From Oikopleura dioica (lineage: Eukaryota > Animalia > Chordata), in assembly GCA_907165135.1 (NCBI GenBank), contig OU015566.1, positions 5,146,001 through 5,210,000 on the forward strand: DNA of 64,000 nt, given 5' to 3'. This document shows positions 24,673 to 36,509 of this stretch, piece by piece (the first letter of the stretch is position 1; every line of letters starts with the position of its first letter). Below the pieces are notes generated by a model. The model ran no database searches and was not told the origin of the DNA. It worked only from the letters and a program-made list of their open reading frames with translations. The position numbers were made by a program, and so were the translations under genes.

Positions 24673-25209
24673 ATGGTGCTAAGGGATGAAAATGAAGAAA
24701 ACAGAGAAGTCGAGAACAAGAAATAAAAAGAAGGGGCTTTCTTCACTGATTATTTTTGATCTGCACTCGATTAAATGTGAAATTACTGTAGCAAGCTAAC
24801 TGAAGCGATCTTTAGAATAAGGCCCAATCGGCCATTTGTCTGATGAGCGGCTAAGATGAGCGTGGCTTATCTGGTAAATGACTTCTTCAGGGCTGAAATG
24901 GAGGGGATCGCGAGCTAATCGACAACAACGACGAGAAAAGAACTCCAAAAAAAGACTCCTCGAAAAATCTACCGCAACCGTTTCTTCCCCTCTCGCAAGC
25001 CAAGAAATACCAACTCAAAAAACAGCTGTTTCAGTCTTCGCAATCGTCGTCCGTTTTACCAGCCCGGTGGCAACCCAGCTGCTTTGACGCTCAAGCCCGA
25101 TTCCTTCGAACCAGATGAAGTGGCGCACTACCAAACCTTTCCACCCGCCGCGCAGAGATTATTCCAGCGCTGAGAAATCTGGTCGTTTCGATGTGGTCTA
25201 TTTCTCTGA
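24673..25209 (+). pseudogene. KDM1B: KDM1B 5' fragment truncated in the SWIRM domain by the duplication junction
   Basis: Identical to 29638-30174 but switches to unrelated sequence at 25210. Confidence 0.75.
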
Positions 25210-28200
25210 TCCGCTTCCGAGATCTTGAGTCTTTTCATGTTGAGCAGGTTCATCTCCATTTCGATGATTTTTCTTCCTTCTTCGATGACTTCTCTTTTGA
25301 GCTCCTCGAAGCAGCGGCCGTCTGGCTTGATCAGTGTCGTTTTCTCAAACAGCATTTTCGCTCTGATTCGCCGATCTGCTTGCTTAAAATCACATTTTCA
25401 ACTTTGAAGAGGTGACCAGCCGGGCTCGCGAATCTGTGTTGCTTAAGGAATTCGAAGAATAGCCGCGTAGCGGCTCTTTTAAAATCCAAGCCGCAAAGTG
25501 GCTTCATCGAGATCGGGAACCCAAAACAAGTTCAAAAATCCGGCCACTATAAAAAAAAATTCCGCATACCTCGAATCTCGGATCCAGCATGGTCTTGACA
25601 ACTGGCTCTCGAAGACAAACTTGTCCATCCAAGTTCTCTAGAATGAGTTCTTGCGATCCCTCGCGCTTAAGAAGCTCTTTTTTACCTGGATCCATGGCGA
25701 GTGCTTCTTAATTCAAAGATTATATACGCTGCGGCGATTTAATGACGGGAAAGGGGCACAAATGACGAGAATTGATCGCTAGAAAAAGGATCAGCGCGCG
25801 AATTTCAGCACTGCGCTGGGGAAAATTTAATCGATCAAAGACGGTTTTATCTTTTTAATCATTTTTCGAATTCCGTTTTTTGATCATTAATGAAAAAATT
25901 GGCGTTTCATAATCGGATCTTCCGCTTTCTTCTTGATGGTAAATTTCCTCCTTGATTTCTTTCGAGCTTATGCTCTTTTTCAAGACCTGAGTCAATGTCT
26001 CCGGCTGAACCATAAATCAGTGTAAAAATGATTTATTTCGAACAACAAAAACAACAAGGAAAGTCTAACCAGACAAATCAAGAAATGTCTTTCGAAATCA
26101 AAATGGATGACCAGAAAACTTGAATACTGTTCAAGCCTCGATCCTCCAGATTAACTCATTCCAGTTCCAACCGTCTTGACTGCGGAAGAGCAACGACTTT
26201 CGAGAAGACGATATCTTTAAGCTGACTCCGGTCTCAGTATAAACGTACCCAATGTGATTTTCCTGCAGCAAAAACAGGATTTGCAAGCGACATTCGACTA
26301 AGCGACATCGACGTCTTCCACGCTGCAGCAAAGCGCTTTGCTTAAATGCACATCATCAGCGAAGAAGAGAGTCAAAGGCCCATCAAGACCTGCTAGCACG
26401 CCTGGCCCTGGAACACGAGAGCGATCAGATCGCACTACAAAACAGCTACTTATCCCGAAAAAATTGATCAAAATTTATGTCCAGTGGGGCACAATCTCGA
26501 CGCCAACGACGGAAGAATTTTCATCCCTCAGAAGGCACATCGATGGAGGAAAGACTGCTGCTGGTTGACAACGACAACTCAGAATTCGGCACTAGAGCCT
26601 TCGACGTCGCCTATAACATTATTCGCTTCTACGAAAAAATCAACTTAGATATTCTCAAGGACTTCTTGAACATTCACTTGCGAGAGAAAATAGAAACAGC
26701 GGATAACGCAAATTTTCCATCGAAGCTTTAACCAAGCAGTGCACGGTCTCGATTCCTTCTAGAGCTAGAGCAAGAAATGACCAGCGTCTGGCCACAAAAT
26801 TTCATGGAGCAATCCGAGTTCTACCGCTCAATCGGCGTCGACGAGGAGGATTTCTGCAACTAAGTGTTCGACGTGATACGAGCAATGCTGGACGAATACG
26901 CGAATGGGAAAGCAAGCTCCCCCTAGACCGGCCGATAAAACGAGTTTCCGAAACGCAAGCCGCCAGCATAATGAGAATTAAATTCCTATATTTGCAGAAA
27001 CATAAATTCAGTCTTGAAAACTTCGTTTATAAGTAATTAAGAAGCAGGAGAGAACTCTTTGAATATTTCTTTCAGAACTGCTATCACGGAACTTTGAATA
27101 GACTCCACTATTTGAATTCGCAAAAAGGATAAATTCAAACTTCCGGGCAAAATCCATCCTTTGTGCTCCTGGCGAGGCAAATTCCCGCTGGAAGGCCTAA
27201 ATCAGCAAACACGCTTCGCACATTCGCATCCAATCGCTTAATCATCTGCTCGATTTCCTGGTCCGTGGGAATGTGCACGGGCAGCGCGGGTCGGTCGTCA
27301 TGACTGGTCCTGCCGGCGTTATAAATCAGCAAGCCATCGTTGCCTTCAGAGCAGTGGAGTTTCTTCGCTCGTCGCTTTCGAAACTCTTGGGCAGTTTCCT
27401 AAAAAATCGGCTTTCTTTACTTTCTTCAACAATATCTGCATCTACCCGCAGAAAAAGACGCTCCAACCGTGACCAAATCAGATCAAAAAAGGAAATCTGA
27501 AATTTTTGAATAAATTGACAATTCTCCTCGGCGCAGTAGGTCGCGTCAGAAGTGAAGTTATCCCACCACCAGCTCACGGCAAGCCTGGTCTTTCCCTCTT
27601 CGATGTTTCCTTCCGCAAAGCCGACGGAAAGCTCTCTTCTGCCGTCTTCAAGTTATCGGCCCAGGGAGGATGCAGCCAGTTTATTTCCTTCAAGTGGCTG
27701 GCGCAGACGAGCGGGAGGATCCAGGACTCGATCGAGGTCATTTCTCGCATCTTTTTTGAGTTTGAAATGTGCTCCATTGAGAAGCTGATCGGCGCACTTT
27801 TCTTTGGTTGTTTCAGCTTCAGAAGTAGCTCCTAGAATAGTGGCAACCACGTTCCAGAGATCAGGATGCGAGTCGCAGTGGATCATTTGAAGCCTCTTTG
27901 CCCCCAATCGACATCGACGGCGAAATCCGCCGAAAGGGCCGAAACTGGCACAAACTTCTCAACAAGAATTGAATCACAGCCAAGAACCTCTCCATTTCCC
28001 CGGCTTAAATATCTTGCAGACCAAGAAACCGATGCAACTCTGAAATTCGAACAAACAGCATGCAGCTTTTTCTGTCCTGGCAAATTTTTTACTTTTCAAA
28101 GAAATTTCGGAAAAGCCGCTTTGCAGCTTCATTTTTGACAAAATCGCAGTTCAACTATGAATTTAAACTGTTTCAGAACCTGACTCGGGAATTTTTGCTT

Positions 28201-28425
28201 TTTTCGGAAAGGCGAAAGTTTGGAAAAAGAAAATTATATTTTTTACGCCAAGTCCTTTTTCCAGTCAACCATTATCTCCTTTTTACGAAAAAAAAGGCCG
28301 AGCGACATTTTAGTTGGAGCGAAAGAAACAGCCACAAAAATAGCCAAAAGCTTCAAATAAAACACTTTCTCTCGAAATAAAAAGCCAATTCTAGCGGCTG
28401 AAAATCCTCCTTTTTCTCCGAGAAG

Positions 28426-28493
28426 TGACAGGAGTGGGATTCGAACCCACGTCCCGGAGAAAATCCGCGCTCTGGCCGCTGAGCTACCCTGTT
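28426..28493 (-). pseudogene. tRNA-like pseudogene (duplicate copy)
   Basis: Identical to 23460-23527, inside duplication copy 2. Confidence 0.7.
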
Positions 28494-28800
28494 TTATCAC
28501 TTCCGGTGAAAAAAGGGATTCTCTGCCGCTTGAATTCGGCTTTCTTTTTTAGAATAACTGTGTCAGGGTCATTAAAAACCTTTTTTGGAGCTTCTTTTCC
28601 GAAGGGTTTTCCCCCCCAAATCTTTGAAAAAGCTCGTACAAGAGATCGGGATCGTCGTGGATCATTTTGAAGCCTTCCAGAGGCAGTTTGCCGCGCTCAA
28701 GCAGCCGCTGGATGAAGAAGAGACATTCAGAGTGCTCTTCAACGACTCGCAATTCAATTGGCATTCTAAAAACGACATTTTCGAAAACTTTCTCGAAAGT

Positions 28801-29409
28801 TCATTCTTCGCTCATTTCCGCTTCTTCTTCAGAACCGTCAGAAATCTCGATAAGGGAGTCTTCGTCCGAGTCTTGCTCCGACTCGAGTCTAAGTTTGGAA
28901 TGATCGCCCGCGAAGAAGACTTATTTTCAAGGAAGGGCGGCGGACTGTCGTTATTTCGAAATCGGCCTCGCTTTTCGCGCTCTTCTGAGAATAATTTATC
29001 GAAAATTTCAAAATGACTCAAACCTGCTTCGTGGAAGGAGTCGCGTCTCTTGATCAAATGAACTTCCTTCATCAGCAGTTTTCTTTCTGTTTTTCCGACT
29101 TCTTGGCCGACCATGCTCTGCGCCTTGCTGTTGCCGTCAAAGAAGATCGTCGTCCCGAGCGTCTTTTCGTAGTTTCCTTTGAAGAAAATGTTGTTGACGG
29201 AAGGGCTCTTCCGAGTCCAGCCCGACCACGCGGATTTTCTCTGCTTCCGAAAGCTAAAATTTATCAATTTTAGACAACTAGGGAGAAGGATCAGTACATT
29301 ACTGTACCTTGACAGGGCAGTCAGGAAGTTCCAAATGGCAGTGCGTTTCCTGAACAACTTCCCACTCGTCGTCATCTTCATCTTCGCCGAATTCTTCTAA
29401 ATCTGGCAT
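28801..29409 (-). pseudogene. GTF3C6: GTF3C6-like (duplicate copy)
   Basis: Same sequence and same frameshift as 23835-24443. Confidence 0.65.
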
Positions 29410-29637
29410 TTGTTTTCGCGCTCTTCGCTGGCTCAATTATTCTTCGAAATAATTCTCTCCTCTGTCTTCCCTTTTTCTTTCTCCTCTTTTCTAATTCTGC
29501 TTTCCCAGCGCTAGAATCAGATTCTACCTACATTCAAGATTTTCAGAAATCTCGGTGATTCAAATCTTTCGCTCCGCGCGCGGACCAATCAGCGCGCGTG
29601 GAGATTTCAAAGGCGAGAAAAAGAGAAAAGGCGAAAA

Positions 29638-32110
29638 ATGGTGCTAAGGGATGAAAATGAAGAAAACAGAGAAGTCGAGAACAAGAAATAAAAAGAAGGG
29701 GCTTTCTTCACTGATTATTTTTGATCTGCACTCGATTAAATGTGAAATTACTGTAGCAAGCTAACTGAAGCGATCTTTAGAATAAGGCCCAATCGGCCAT
29801 TTGTCTGATGAGCGGCTAAGATGAGCGTGGCTTATCTGGTAAATGACTTCTTCAGGGCTGAAATGGAGGGGATCGCGAGCTAATCGACAACAACGACGAG
29901 AAAAGAACTCCAAAAAAAGACTCCTCGAAAAATCTACCGCAACCGTTTCTTCCCCTCTCGCAAGCCAAGAAATACCAACTCAAAAAACAGCTGTTTCAGT
30001 CTTCGCAATCGTCGTCCGTTTTACCAGCCCGGTGGCAACCCAGCTGCTTTGACGCTCAAGCCCGATTCCTTCGAACCAGATGAAGTGGCGCACTACCAAA
30101 CCTTTCCACCCGCCGCGCAGAGATTATTCCAGCGCTGAGAAATCTGGTCGTTTCGATGTGGTCTATTTCTCTGACGATTTTGGTTACTCCAAAGAGCTGC
30201 ATGCAAAATGTGATTGTAAGAGGATACATTCGCGCCGCTCTGCCAGAACTATTCAACCTTGTTATAAAATTTCTTACGATAAAAGGCATTATCAACTTTG
30301 GCATCTTTGAGGACATACCCAGGCCGTTGGTTCTCAAAAACATTCCGCTGAAGAAACGAGAAACGATTGTTGTAATTGGAGCTGCACCATCAGGAATTTC
30401 TTCAGCCAGACAGCTTTCTTTTGAAGATTCTAGAGGCGGGGAAAGGATAGGAGGACGAGTTCATGTTTGGGCACCTTAGGTTCGTTTGAGTGAAAAAAGC
30501 TCACTTATCGTCCATTTTAAGGTAGCTGTAGGAGCAATGGTCATCAACGGCCGCCAAAACAACCCTATCATCACCATGAGTCGTCAAATCTACCACGATG
30601 TCCACATCCTCGGAAGCGAATGCGACCTTTTTGTCAAATCCGAATCGATTGCTCGTGGACCAGACTTGAGAATGGAGCATCATTTCAACACGATTTTCGA
30701 TATTTTATCCGACTGGAGATTAGACAAGAAAAAGGACATTCCACTCATCGACGCTCACAAAGAATACGTCAGCCAAAGCGCGGAAAGATTCTCAAAAACA
30801 GAAATGAAACAGCTCGACTTCCACATCAACAACTTGGAATACGAGCCTTTCTAGCGTTTCAGCGCTCAATTGGGACCAGAACGAGCGTTTTCCGCAATTT
30901 GGCGGGGATCATGCGATCGTGACATACGGATTTTCTGATGTTTTGGAAGAATTGTCGAAACCACTGAATACAGAGTTTGAAATTTTTCGGTTTACCGGTG
31001 GCGAGCATTGATCATTCTGGGGAAAAGGTGGTCGTCGAGACGACTCATGGGGAGAAAATTGAGGTGGATAGGATCGGATACAGATAAATAATAGATCTTG
31101 AAGCCGCAAGTGGCTGACCAATTTTGTAAAATAGCTTGAAATAAGACTTCTGTATCCATTTCAAAGATGCGTCGTGTCAATCCCACTCGCCCTCATGAAA
31201 AAGAAAACCATCAATTTCTTCCCCGACTTATCTCAGCGAAAATGGCGCGCTGTAGAAAACATCGGCGCCGGCCTGATAGAAAAATGCCTCCTCCGCTTCG
31301 ATTCGAAATGGTGGAGTTACAAGATCGGTGGCGCTGATTTCTTTGGCTCCATCAGCGTTTCTGGCTCCGACTCAGGCGTCGAAGCTGATGATGAACACGA
31401 TACGTCGGGAATTTTTAATGTGTTCTACGATATCAATCGCCTGAGAGTGATCATTTTACGCTCATGTCGATCGCAGCTGGAGCTTCGCTTGATATTTATC
31501 ATTCGATGAGTAATAAACAGCTCGTTTCCAGTGCGATGGCGACGCTTCAAGGCAAGAGTCAATTAACAAGCTCCTTTTTACTTGAATTTTCGCCATTTTG
31601 TGACTCTTAAAAAAGAAATCTTCAAAGAAAACACGAGCCCAGAGCCCCTGAGCTTCCACATTACACACTGGGGAAAAGAAGAATACTCCCATATGAGTTA
31701 TTCGTTTATCAAACTCGGTTCAACCGGAAAAGACTACGACAAATTGGCGGAACCAGCTTCCGATCGATTATTTTTCGCTGGAGAAGCCACCAATCGGTAC
31801 GTTAAAGCGCATCCCTCTATAAAAAATGTTTGATACGTATTTCCCACATACAGTGACAGGAGTGACAGTCCCTACTTATCCGGAGTTCGCGAAACAGCGA
31901 GAATTTTCAAGCTAGAACACAAGAAACTCAACCCTGATTCGAAATTCTACGGCGACTCGATTTTCGAACAAACTTCTCTTCATCCCGAGGTAAAGAAATC
32001 ATCCCTTTTCTTCCCTCATCGTTCTCTCAGAAGCGAAAGAGCGAGTCAATCAACCAAAAACCGCCTTCAAAGAAGATTGAACGACGAAAATCCGAGCCAA
32101 TTCCGACCAT
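29638..32110 (+). pseudogene. KDM1B: Lysine-specific demethylase KDM1B/LSD2 (SWIRM + amine oxidase), frameshifted
   Basis: PFYQPG...ALRNLVVSMW...IVRGYIR...KGIINFG, VVIGAAPSGISSARQL, ERIGGRV, INGRQNNP, RMEHHFN, LDFHINNLEY, GAGLIEK, GADFFG, YSFIKLG, LFFAGEATNR. The order matches LSD2; several deletions and frameshifts. Confidence 0.9.
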
Positions 32111-32459
32111 GTAACCTCTTAAGAAAAATCTTGTTTCCTTTTTTTCATATTCACATGTTTTTTCTTCTTCCAAAGCTTTACCTTTTTCTCAATGCCTTCA
32201 TTGTTCTTTTTTTTTTTGCTGCAATATCTTTAATACATTTTCTTATAATTGAATGAATGCTCAAAATATTGGTTCAGGAATTCGGATATTTCAATTTTCA
32301 GATGAACTGACAGAGAAAAAAAGAAAAAGGATTGAAATGGCCCGATTTTGTCATGTTTCAGGACTGATTCTTTTTTTTCTAGCGCTGGTTTCTTCTTATA
32401 ATCGACTTGCATAGGTAAGCTCCTTTCCCGACCCCTGTTTCTACATATTTTTTAGTAAA

Positions 32460-33368
32460 TCTTCAACTGCCAGAAGCCTCAAAGATCGTCTCTCCTTTTC
32501 CAACCCTCAAGAATCACCAGCTGTACTTCATGAAGAATTCGTCTCGTCGCTAGAAAAGTCACTTGAAATTGCGAGAACGATCAGCAAACGAGAAATCGCC
32601 ATTCAAACTCTCTTCCTTGGGTAAAACAAAGTCATATTTCCTCGGCAGCGGAGTTCGTCGCAGGTATAGAAAAATTCTTCGACAACAAGCGAAAGACGCG
32701 CGTGTTGCTCAAGTAGCGGCCGAAGAGAGCAGCTAAGAATGCATTCGAGCTTCAAAGGCAACTCAACTTGAGTTACCCAAGGACATGGCGCTACAGAATA
32801 AGCCGTTTTTCAGGTAAGATTTAGTCTGTTATTTTCTTTTAAAAACTTTTTCACTAGGATGTCAGAAAGGAATTCTGCGGGAGACTAGATAAAATCGTCG
32901 AAAAATACTTGAGTAAGGCGCGACAAGAAAAGCCTTTCGCGGAGATTTTCTTCTTTTACAAACTCAAACTGGTCGACAACAAGATGGTCCCTCCGCTGGT
33001 CAAAAACATCGAGCGCTCTCTTAAGAATCCGTTTCAATACACTAAGTAAGCGACTCGCACATTTCAAAAGATTGAATATGAAATTAAGGGACGTAAAGAT
33101 GCATCTGGTAAACGCAGATAGCAGTAATCTCAATCTTCCGCCTGTGTGTGTTGCTTTCAAGCTCTTCACTCAAATGGGTTCAATGGTGAGTGTCGCAGAC
33201 TGGCTTGACTCCTTCGAGTGTATTCTTGAAAGCAGAAACCAGAAAATCAAGAAGGAAGACTTGGATGCCACGTTTTTTCAATCAGTCAGCGATCTTCAGT
33301 TCCTCGGCCTTCTGAAACCCACACAGCGAAAAACCGATCACGTCCAGAAAGTCACCTGGGCACTTTGA
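32460..33368 (+). pseudogene. ORC3: ORC3 3' portion
   Basis: PPVCVAFKLF...VADWLDSF...FFQSVSDLQFLGLLKPTQRKTDHVQKVTW* matches the ORC3 winged-helix end ([23 protein letters not shown]). Upstream exons contain stops. Confidence 0.85.
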
Positions 33369-33461
33369 ACATGAGAATTCACTTGTTTATCTAATTATCA
33401 CTGCCTCTCAAATTAAAAACTAAGTCTCTCATCCTTTTGACTCTCAAAGGTCACTTTCAGC

Positions 33462-34781
33462 ATGACTCGGGCGAAATGCAAGGATGCCATCAAGAATATC
33501 TTGAAGTTGAGTTCTTGCGGCATCGTTCCACCCGCCTTGTATGTATCTGGCGCGGCTGGTTAGGGCAAGACGCACGTTCTGAAGCAGATCATTGCGGAAA
33601 GGCGGATGGAGGAGCCAGTCGATGGGTTTTTTTATAAAATCGAATGAAATCAATTCTTCGCGGCTCTTTTACGAAGCCATTGTTAACGGTGTTCATGAGG
33701 CGCCTGAAAGTGACACGAAACTACCGGTCATAGGCGACAATCCAAGGTGAACATCTATTTTCCCTCAATTCAGTCGAGTTACCTCTATAAAAGCTCAATG
33801 TTCTACGTTGTTGGAGAACTGCTGGCTACACATGAGCGTCCAGTTTTCGTCGTGATCGAGCGGGCAGACTTGTTCATCAAGAATCAGCCAGAAGCAGTGA
33901 CATCTCTCGCTCAACATGAAAAGTTCATACCAGACAATCGCTTGTGCGTCATTTTCGAGTTTCGAGTTGCCTTTCACTCCGCCATCTATCCAAAATCGGC
34001 CGTGTCACCAGTGATCTTTTCCCTCCCGGAGTACAGCTCTCAACAAGTTGAAGCTATTCTGCGCAAAGAGAAGCCCGCTGACATGTCCGATGTGCTCTTT
34101 CACAATTTCACCCAAGCGACTATGACTCATAATTTATGGGTTATTTCTACTTATCGACGCACAATTTGTGCTTGCTCAAGTACGTGGTGCAGGAGCAGCT
34201 GCCAGTGTATGCAAAGCCCGTGCTAGATGGAGACGGAAAATTGAGCCGACATTCAGAACGGCAAGGCCAAGTTTGTTCTTGAAGTCGAGTCAAGAGGAAG
34301 ACAATCATGTGTAAGCTTATACAACACAAGCATCGTTCTCTTTCTCACAGCGCTTTAGAATCGACTTGCCTTACTTCTCCAAACACCTGTTAATCGCTTC
34401 TTATCTTGCTTCCTTCAATCCTCCAAAAACAGACAAAAGATACTTCCCGAAGAACGCCGGCAAGATTAAAAGAAACGAACTTTTCGAGGACCTGAAGTGA
34501 AACAGCGACTGATCGGGCCTCTCCAGTTTTCTATGGACCGGCTGATTGCCATTTTCGAATCGATTAAAGAATCTGAGGACCGCAGCATTTCCATTTTATC
34601 ACAACTCAGAACTCTCGTTAAGCTCAAGCTTATCTCTATTGGTAAGGAAGTTAGTTGGTGCTTTGATTAAAAAATTTCCCGTTCAGCTTCGAGCAACATA
34701 CAAGTTCTTCAACCAAAGATGAAATGCGATCGCTTCGAAGACTTCATGCGCAAAATTGCCCACTCTGTCCGCTTCGAGTAG
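33462..34781 (+). pseudogene. ORC5: ORC5, nonsense and frameshift lesions
   Basis: Walker A LYVSGAAG*GKT, FVVIERAD, LPEYS, IDLPYFSKHLLIASYLASFNPPKTDKRYF, LIGPLQFSMDRLIAIF, SQLRTLVKLKLI. Confidence 0.9.
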
Positions 34782-34982
34782 GCTAATCTGGTGAATGACT
34801 CCTTCAGGGCTGAAATGGAGGGGATCGGAGCGCCTTTCCAGTCTCTACCGCTCCGCGCTGCAAAAGGCAGCTGAGGTCACTGAGAGACTTTTGAGCAAGA
34901 CGCCGAAAACGCCTCGTGATAAACCAGCAGAGTCGAAGACACCTGCTTCTTCCTCTGGATCTATGAAAGCGAAAACACCAGC

Positions 34983-35790
34983 TGGCGGAACCAGCTTCCG
35001 ATCGATTATTTTTCGCTGGAGAAGCCACCAATCGGTACGTTAAAGCGCATCTCTTTATAAAAAATGTTTGATAGGCATTTACCACAGACAGTGACAGGGG
35101 CTTACTTGTCCGGAGTTCGCGAAGAATTATCAAGCTAGAATACAAGAAACTCAACCCTGATTCGAAATTCTACGGCGACTCGATTTTCGATCAAACTTCT
35201 CTTCATCCCCAGGTAAAGAAATCATCCCTTTTCTTCCCTTATCCAGGATAAGTTATCCTTCTCAGGAAGAAGCGAAAGAGCGAGTCAATCCACCAAAAAC
35301 CGCCTTCAAAGAAGATTTAACGACGAAAATCCGAGCAAATTCCGACCATGTAACCTCTCATCTAAAATCTTGTTTCCTTATTTTTTATATTCACATGTTT
35401 TTCTTCTTCCAATGCTTTACCTTTTTCTCACTGCCTTCATTGTTCTTTTTTTGCTGCAACATCTTTGATATATTTTCTTAATAAGAGCATAATATGCTTG
35501 AATGAATCCTCAAAATTTTGATTTAAGACTTTAAACATTCAATTTTTAGATGAACCGACAGAAAAAAGAAAGGGGATTTAAATGGCCCGATTTTCACATG
35601 TTTCAGGACTGATTATTTTCCTTCTAGCGCTGGTTTTCCTTTTATCATCGACTTGCATGAGACAATGGTATGTTAACTCTTTGCCCGACCCCTGTTTCTA
35701 CATGTTCAAGCCTCAAAGATCGCCTCTCCTTTTCCAACCCTCAAGAATCACCAGCTGTACTTCATGAAGAATTCGTCTCGTCGCTAGAAA
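34983..35790 (+). repeat. Diverged duplicate of the KDM1B 3' end, intergenic DNA and ORC3 start (source about 31745-32557)
   Basis: Colinear match from tggcggaaccagcttccgatcg to cgtctcgtcgctagaaaa, with scattered substitutions and indels. Confidence 0.9.
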
Positions 35791-35951
35791 ATCCCATTGT
35801 GCGCCTTTCCAGTCTCTCCGCTCCGCGCTGCAGAGTTTTCGCTCCTTGAAATTCGTCCTCGCTTCACTCACCGCAAACGCTGCTTATAGGCTATGAAGTA
35901 TAGCGATTTCGGAGAAGCGATGCTAGAGAATTTGATAGTTTCTATTGGCAG

Positions 35952-36418
35952 ATTCGCAGGCAACTGCTCGAAATGTCTATTTCCGAAGCCTACTGGCTCG
36001 TACCACTGCTCCGTCTGTGCCAAATTCGTCATTCAGATGGGTAACCATTCTCTCTCAATTCATCCCTTTTGAACCTCTTCGCTTTAGACCACCACTTGCC
36101 CTGGATCAACAACTGCGTCTGCCATTTCAACCGGCGCTTCTTCTTGAACTTCTGCCTCTGGACGACGATCGGCTGCGGCTACTTCTCGCTGGTCGGCTAT
36201 CCCTATCTTCGGCAAAATAAACCAAGAAGACGACGACAAAATCAGCAACCGTCAGCGCGCCAAAACGACCGGTCACTTCTCGTCCCGCTTTTGGATCTTG
36301 CGCGAAACCGGCAAAACCAGTTGTTACTTCTTGACCGGCGAGTGTGAAACCAATGGTCAATTGGCAATGATTGATCGAGCGAAGAGCACGCTGAATTCTC
36401 GACTTGATACTGGATTAA
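35952..36418 (+). pseudogene. ZDHHC16: DHHC palmitoyltransferase ZDHHC16-like fragment
   Basis: CSKCLFPKPTGSYHCSVCAKFVIQM|DHHLPWINNCVCHFNRRFF. The catalytic DHHC reads DHHL and one conserved His is lost. Confidence 0.7.
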
Positions 36419-36509
36419 GGCGTACATTCTTTTCAAAATTTAGCCTTCTGAAATATCCAAGAACACTCCCTGCAGGAAAATAAATCGCTCTAATGACTCT
36501 CTTTTTTCA

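Larger units (their letters stand above)
20249..30174. repeat. Direct tandem segmental duplication, unit about 4.96 kb (20249-25209 and 25211-30174)
   Basis: The ORF track repeats at offsets 4962-4966. The junction tttctctga-t-ccgcttccgaga at about 25210 joins KDM1B sequence to sequence from 20249. The differences I found are homopolymer lengths. Confidence 0.95.

Noticed and set aside
36085-36110. Novel DHHL-type acyltransferase
   Set aside because: It lies in a truncated, decayed fragment with other conserved residues lost; neutral decay is more parsimonious.
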